Assembly (NCBI GenBank): GCA_963663385.2
Contig: CAXXXD010000003.1
Coordinates: 1,312,001-1,376,000 of the forward strand
DNA from: Oceanispirochaeta sp.
GTDB lineage: Bacteria > Spirochaetota > Spirochaetia > DSM-2461
Direction of reading: 5' to 3'
Length of the DNA stretch: 64,000 nucleotides
A program made the translations under genes and the position numbers. A model generated the notes under the pieces. The model ran no database searches, was not told the origin of the DNA, and saw only the letters and a list, made by a program, of their open reading frames with translations. Positions 59,020-64,000 of the stretch are shown here, in pieces. The stretch's first letter is position 1, and every line of letters starts with the position of its first letter.

Positions 59020-60273
59020 ATGAAAATATTAGTAACAGGCAGCGGCGGACGGGAGCATGCTCTTATCCGTGCCCTGAACCGGAACAGCGCTGTTGATCAG
59101 ATCTACTGTGCCCCAGGCAACGGCGGGACGGCCGGAGAAGAAAAATGTCTGAATGTTCCCCTCACAGATCCCCGGGAACTGGCTGATTTTGCCGAGAAAA
59201 ACGGAGTGGATCTTGCGGTACCGGGTTCGGAGGATCTTCTGGTGGCGGGTATTGCCGATCTTTTCTCCGCAAAGGGCATTGCAGTACTCGGTCCCGGAAA
59301 AAATGCGGCCCGCCTGGAAGGCAGTAAATGCTTTGCCAAGGACTTTATGCTGAAATACGGGATAAAAACGGCCTCCTATAAGAATTTCACCTCCTATGAG
59401 GAAGCTTATTCCTGGCTTGATCACTGCCCTTATCCGACAGTTCTTAAAGCTGACGGCCTGGCTGCCGGAAAAGGCGTTCTAATCTGTCAGAACAGGGAAG
59501 AGGCTAAAAGGGGATTGAAGGAACTGATGGTGGATAAACAGTACGGAGATGCCGGTACCAGCATTGTAATTGAAGAGTTTCTGCAGGGTGTGGAAGCCTC
59601 GATTCTTTCCTTTTATGACGGGAATACCATACTACCTCTGCTCTCAGCCAAGGACCATAAAAGAATAGGTGAAAACGAAACAGGTCCCAATACGGGAGGC
59701 ATGGGCGTTATCGCTCCCAACCCTCATGTAAGCAGTGAAGTAAATGAGATGTTTATACGGGATATTATGAATCCGACCCTGAAAGGTCTTAAAAAAGAAC
59801 AGCTGACCTTTTCCGGGATAATTTTCTTTGGCCTTATGATAACTGACAGGGGAACCTACCTTCTTGAATACAACCTCCGGATGGGAGATCCTGAAACACA
59901 GGCGGTTTTGAACCTTCTGGATTCAGATCTCCTCACCCTTATCCGGGCCTGTACCGAGGGTCGTTTATCAGAAACAACGCCGGAATGGAAGAAAGGATCG
60001 GCCTGCTGTGTCGTTCTTGCATCGGGAGGATACCCGGGATCCTACAATAAGGGATACGAAATTTCGGGGATAGGTAAAACGGACTGTTCTGTTTATATAG
60101 CAGGTGCACAGGATAAAAATGGTACCCTGATAACCAGCGGGGGAAGGGTTCTCAATGTAGTTGCAACCGGTTCGACACTGGATGAAGCCAGAAAAAAAGC
60201 CTATGACAATATTGATAAGATCAATTTTCAGAATAAAGTATACCGCCGGGATATAGGCGGAACTGTAATATAA
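59020..60273 (+). CDS. purD: Phosphoribosylamine-glycine ligase
   Basis: GSGGREHA, LEGSK, KADGLAAGKGV, GPNTGGMG, EYN.RMGDPE and GGRVL motifs. Confidence 0.97.
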   Translation: MKILVTGSGGREHALIRALNRNSAVDQIYCAPGNGGTAGEEKCLNVPLTDPRELADFAEKNGVDLAVPGSEDLLVAGIADLFSAKGIAVLGPGKNAARLEGSKCFAKDFMLKYGIKTASYKNFTSYEEAYSWLDHCPYPTVLKADGLAAGKGVLICQNREEAKRGLKELMVDKQYGDAGTSIVIEEFLQGVEASILSFYDGNTILPLLSAKDHKRIGENETGPNTGGMGVIAPNPHVSSEVNEMFIRDIMNPTLKGLKKEQLTFSGIIFFGLMITDRGTYLLEYNLRMGDPETQAVLNLLDSDLLTLIRACTEGRLSETTPEWKKGSACCVVLASGGYPGSYNKGYEISGIGKTDCSVYIAGAQDKNGTLITSGGRVLNVVATGSTLDEARKKAYDNIDKINFQNKVYRRDIGGTVI

Positions 60274-60350
60274 AACAGATTTATTCAATTAACAACCGAC
60301 AGACCGCCCCGGTCTTGCAGCAATAATGCTGATCGGGGTAGTTTTTTCAT

Positions 60351-61100
60351 ATGAAGAAGATCCTTTCCTTTACATCCAGAAAAATAAGCCGCGCCCTGTT
60401 TGAATATGAAATGATCCGGCCGGGAGACCGGATCCTGACAGCCGTTTCAGGAGGTAAGGATTCCATGATCCTTTCCTATTTCCTGAATAAAATGATGAAA
60501 TCCTTTCCTGTTCCCTTCAAAGCGGATTTCATTCATATCCGGTCCGAGTTTTCAGATCCTGATGAGAATGATTTCCTGAAAAGAAAAATGGAAGAGTGGG
60601 GGATTCCCCTTATTGAAATACCACTTATCCTTGAAGAGCATTTAAAATCCGGAAAAAAGATGAGCTGTTACCATTGTGCCAGCATCAGACGGAAAACCCT
60701 TTTAAGATATGCCGTCCGGAAAGGATACAGCAGCCTTGCTCTGGGACATCATATGGATGATATTCTGGAATCTGTTCTTATGAATATGATTTTTAACAGC
60801 GAACTATCCTCCATGGTTCCCCATCTACTGTATGAAAATGGCCCTCTGCGTCTTATCCGGCCACTATCTCTTCTTTCTGAAAAACATCTACGGGAAGCTG
60901 GAGGTAAAATGGAACTAATCAGGGAATCCTGCCAATGCCCTTATGAAGGAAAATCCAGAAGAAAAGATATGAGAAGAGCTCTTGATCTTATGACTTCTGA
61001 CAACCCGTCTCTTAAAAACAACATGTTTAACTCTCTCAGTCGGTTGAAAACAGAATTTCTTCCCCCGGGAGCACTGAAGAATGTATATAAAAGAGATTAA
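60351..61100 (+). CDS. ttcA: tRNA 2-thiocytidine biosynthesis TtcA family ATPase
   Basis: PP-loop SGGKDS; CYHC..RR, ALGHHMDD, IRPL and CPY motifs. Confidence 0.85.
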   Translation: MKKILSFTSRKISRALFEYEMIRPGDRILTAVSGGKDSMILSYFLNKMMKSFPVPFKADFIHIRSEFSDPDENDFLKRKMEEWGIPLIEIPLILEEHLKSGKKMSCYHCASIRRKTLLRYAVRKGYSSLALGHHMDDILESVLMNMIFNSELSSMVPHLLYENGPLRLIRPLSLLSEKHLREAGGKMELIRESCQCPYEGKSRRKDMRRALDLMTSDNPSLKNNMFNSLSRLKTEFLPPGALKNVYKRD

Positions 61101-61491
61101 AATACGGTGAATTTAAATTATAGTACCACCCAATTTAACAACATATTTGTATGATTTAAGACTTTTTCCGATTAATCATATTTAAGTATTAAAAATAGAA
61201 CTACAATCTTAGTCAATTTTAATTATTCCCATTAGAAAATCACTTTTTTTTAAACGATGTTTTTTGCAAGTAATAACATTTTAAAAAACGTATTATGTAG
61301 AACGGGGAGACTCTTTCTACATAATACAAAAAAAAAAGGTCAGATATCACAAATATCGTATTTTATGAGATAAACATCGGTTTTAACAGGAAAAAATATC
61401 AACAAAAACTCAACATTGACAATTTACCTGTTTAATTCTATAAAAAATTAAACTAATATTAGAATTGTTTTAAATACTCAAAGGAGAAAGT

Positions 61492-62610
61492 ATGAAAAAG
61501 TTTTTAGTTGTTCTTCTGATTACGTCTGTTCTTCTGGGTGCTTTTGTATCCTGTAAGAAAGAAAGCGACACAATTAAAATCGGTGTAGCCGGTGCCCATT
61601 CCGGAGACCTTGCATCTTATGGTTTACCCTCAGTAAAAGCTGCCGAACTTGTAGTCGATATGTACAACGCCAATGGCGGTGTTCTGGGTCGTCAGGTTGA
61701 ACTGGTCATTGAAGATGACGTATGTAAACCCGAAGTTGCTACAAATACTGCTTCCAAACTGGTTGGTGACGGTGTAGTAGCTGTTGTCGGTCATATCTGC
61801 AGCGGAGCAACAAAAGCGGCCCTCAGTATTTATAAGGATGAAAATATCATTGCGATTTCTCCTTCCGCAACGAATCCTCCCCTTACAAAAAGCGGAGATT
61901 ACCCCAACTTTTTCAGAACCATTGCTCCGGATGATGCACAGGCTGAAGTTGAGGTTAATTACGCTGTAGAAACACTGGGGCTGAAAAAAATTGCTATCCT
62001 TCATGACAAAGGTGACTATGGTAAAGGATTTGCCGAATTCTGCAAGTCCATGCTCGAAGCCAAAGGTAATGTTGAAATCCTGATGTTTGAAGGCATTCAG
62101 GTTGGTGCAGTAGACTATTCTGCAATCATTAATAAACTTGCCGCCTCCGGTGCGGAAGGTGTAATCTTCGGTGGTTACCACCCGGAAGCTTCCAAACTGA
62201 TCAGTCAGATGAAAAAGAAAAAACTTGACCTTGTTTTCATGTCTGAAGACGGTGTTAAGGATGATACATTCATCAAGGTTGCCGCTGAATACGCGGAAGG
62301 TGTCTATGCTACCGGTCCCGTTGATACAACATCCAATCCCATGGCTGTAAAAGCAGCTGCAGACCATGTTGCCAAATACGGGGAAGAACCCGGAGCGTTT
62401 TTCCTGAATGCTTATGCCGCCACCGTTGCCATACTGAATGCTATCGATAAAGCAGGATCTACTGATTTTGATGCTGTAAGCGCAGCACTGAGAAGCGAAT
62501 ATGTTGAAACTCCTCTTGGAAAAATCAGTTTTGATAAAGCAGGAGATGCCATTGGTGTAGGTTTTGCTGTATATCAGGTTCAGAATGGAGCTTTTGTTGA
62601 ACTGAAGTAA
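61492..62610 (+). CDS. livK: Branched-chain amino acid ABC transporter substrate-binding lipoprotein
   Basis: Lipobox FVSC; NANGGVLG, EDDVC, VVGHICSG, SPSATNP, FFRT, HDKGDYG and FGGYHPE motifs. Confidence 0.9.
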   Translation: MKKFLVVLLITSVLLGAFVSCKKESDTIKIGVAGAHSGDLASYGLPSVKAAELVVDMYNANGGVLGRQVELVIEDDVCKPEVATNTASKLVGDGVVAVVGHICSGATKAALSIYKDENIIAISPSATNPPLTKSGDYPNFFRTIAPDDAQAEVEVNYAVETLGLKKIAILHDKGDYGKGFAEFCKSMLEAKGNVEILMFEGIQVGAVDYSAIINKLAASGAEGVIFGGYHPEASKLISQMKKKKLDLVFMSEDGVKDDTFIKVAAEYAEGVYATGPVDTTSNPMAVKAAADHVAKYGEEPGAFFLNAYAATVAILNAIDKAGSTDFDAVSAALRSEYVETPLGKISFDKAGDAIGVGFAVYQVQNGAFVELK

Positions 62611-62808
62611 TACCAGTAATTTAATAAAGGGGCCATGCAAAGGGGATTTTTGTTAGTTATACGGCATTGATGATCTGTTTTTTAATTGTCAAAATTTTTA
62701 AGCAGACCGGTATTTACCGGAAGATCAATCAGGGTAAACTTAACAGATCTACACTTTTGCATTAGCTCCTTTTGTTGATTAATAATTTCGGTATTTAAAA
62801 AAAAGGAG

Positions 62809-63729
62809 ATGGATTATTCCATGAATTTCGAATACTTTTTTTCACTTTTTCTTGGTGGTTTAACAAGGGGTAGTATTTATGCCCTGATAGCACTTGGTTA
62901 TACCATGGTTTACGGGATCATTAAACTGATCAATTTTGCCCATGGTGAAATTTACATGATCGGAGCTTTTACTGCTCTGATTATCGGGGGAGCGTTAACC
63001 CTTACAGGTTTAAACCCTGTCCTGATTTTTATATTTGCAGCGCTGGCAGCTGTTATCTATTCTGCCGCCTATGGTTTAACTATGGAAAAACTGGCCTACA
63101 AGCCCTTGAGAAAAGCTCCCAGGCTTTCCGCTTTAATCAGTGCCATAGGTATGTCCATTTTCCTGCAGAATTATGTTCTGCTGGCTCAGACTTCAGATTT
63201 TCAACCTTTTCCAAATCTTCTTCCCGAATTTAATTTTCTCAAACCGGTCGAAAATTTTCTGACAACAACACAGTTTCTCATACTCGTGAGCACAACAGTG
63301 GTTATGATACTTCTTACTTTCCTTATAAAATTTACCAGAATGGGAAAAGCAATGAGAGCTACCTCACAGGATAAGGATATGGCTCAACTGGTTGGCATTA
63401 ATGTTGACCGTGTAATTTCCCTTACTTTTATTATAGGATCGGCTACTGCCGCATTGGGCGGTGTTCTGATCAGCTCCCATATCGGACAGATTAACTTCTA
63501 TATCGGATTTATTGCCGGTATCAAGGCTTTTGTCGCTGCCGTTCTTGGCGGTATCGGAAGTATCCCCGGTGCTGTACTTGGCAGTTTTGTACTGGGGCTG
63601 ACAGAGAGCTACGGTACAGGATATATATCCAGTGATTATGAAGATGCATTTGCCTTTATCATTCTCATTCTTATCCTGATTTTCAAACCCTCCGGTCTTC
63701 TGGGAAGAAAAGAGAATGAAAAAGTCTGA
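62809..63729 (+). CDS. livH: Branched-chain amino acid ABC transporter permease
   Basis: YALIALGYTMVYGIIKLINFAHGE, GKAMRA and KAFVAAVLGGIG motifs. Confidence 0.95.
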   Translation: MDYSMNFEYFFSLFLGGLTRGSIYALIALGYTMVYGIIKLINFAHGEIYMIGAFTALIIGGALTLTGLNPVLIFIFAALAAVIYSAAYGLTMEKLAYKPLRKAPRLSALISAIGMSIFLQNYVLLAQTSDFQPFPNLLPEFNFLKPVENFLTTTQFLILVSTTVVMILLTFLIKFTRMGKAMRATSQDKDMAQLVGINVDRVISLTFIIGSATAALGGVLISSHIGQINFYIGFIAGIKAFVAAVLGGIGSIPGAVLGSFVLGLTESYGTGYISSDYEDAFAFIILILILIFKPSGLLGRKENEKV

Positions 63730-63750
63730 TCAGACAAAGAGAGAAACATT

Positions 63751-64000
63751 GTGATTAGTTTGAAAAAAATAAAAAAAGCAGCTTTGACAGCATTATGGTT
63801 TATGTTTCTGACATTTCCCCTGATGGTGATGAAAGTTAATACAATAGAAAACACAGTTATCTGGCGTTGGAAAAATCTGGCATATGTAGGTGTAGGTGCT
63901 TTCTTTTTTTCCATGATATGGGAAGATCTTCTTAAAAGAAGAGACGAAGGATCAGGCAGGAAAAAGGACGACACCCTGAGTGCACGGGTCGCAAAACACT
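63751..64000 (+). CDS. livM: Branched-chain amino acid ABC permease LivM, N-terminus (truncated by the window edge)
   Basis: Open frame from GTG 63751 (MISLKKIKKAALTALWFMFLTFPLMVMKVNTIENTVIWRW...) directly after livH; not in the supplied ORF track. Confidence 0.75.
   Translation, partial: MISLKKIKKAALTALWFMFLTFPLMVMKVNTIENTVIWRWKNLAYVGVGAFFFSMIWEDLLKRRDEGSGRKKDDTLSARVAKH

Noticed and set aside
61630..62640. 336-aa ORF antisense to livK
   Set aside because: It mirrors a well-supported gene and has no recognisable motif or RBS. Codon bias in a highly expressed gene explains the lack of stops.
1..64000. CRISPR array, rRNA, integrase, transposase, prophage or defence genes
   Set aside because: I saw no regularly spaced repeats and no ORFs with such motifs.

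Overview
This is a gene-dense bacterial chromosome segment of about 57 CDS, mostly housekeeping and transport. It probably comes from a free-living anaerobic spirochaete (Spirochaetaceae-like). That is an inference from the N-terminally extended CheY, an 'LFAGGQQE'-type signal peptide and several small proteins of a spirochaete-like type. In order, the window holds: a YtfQRT/YjfF-type sugar ABC operon at the 3' side of tRNA-Thr(CGU); an MFS gene; an FHA-hisD-folC-aminopeptidase-dapL run; cheY; an nrdR-nrdD-(small subunit)-nrdG operon; a serC cluster; a Mla-type system; a K+-dependent, probably Na+-pumping pyrophosphatase; nadA; proB; ABC exporters and importers; a guanine-riboswitch-controlled purLEFMNHD operon; ttcA; and the start of a liv operon. 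The most striking observation is an apparently split class III ribonucleotide reductase. The large NrdD ends after its Zn-binding motif in a coiled-coil-like tail and has no glycyl-radical motif. That motif (YSRIVGYY) lies in a separate, translationally coupled 170-aa protein with an N-terminal coiled-coil-like helix and a C-terminal CPNC thioredoxin/glutaredoxin-fold domain. Other points of interest are a HisD homologue with swapped metal ligands, a degenerate copy of the tRNA 3' end, several large intergenic hairpins and REP-like palindromes. I saw no CRISPR array, rRNA, integrase or transposase. All calls come from reading motifs by eye; no searches were run.
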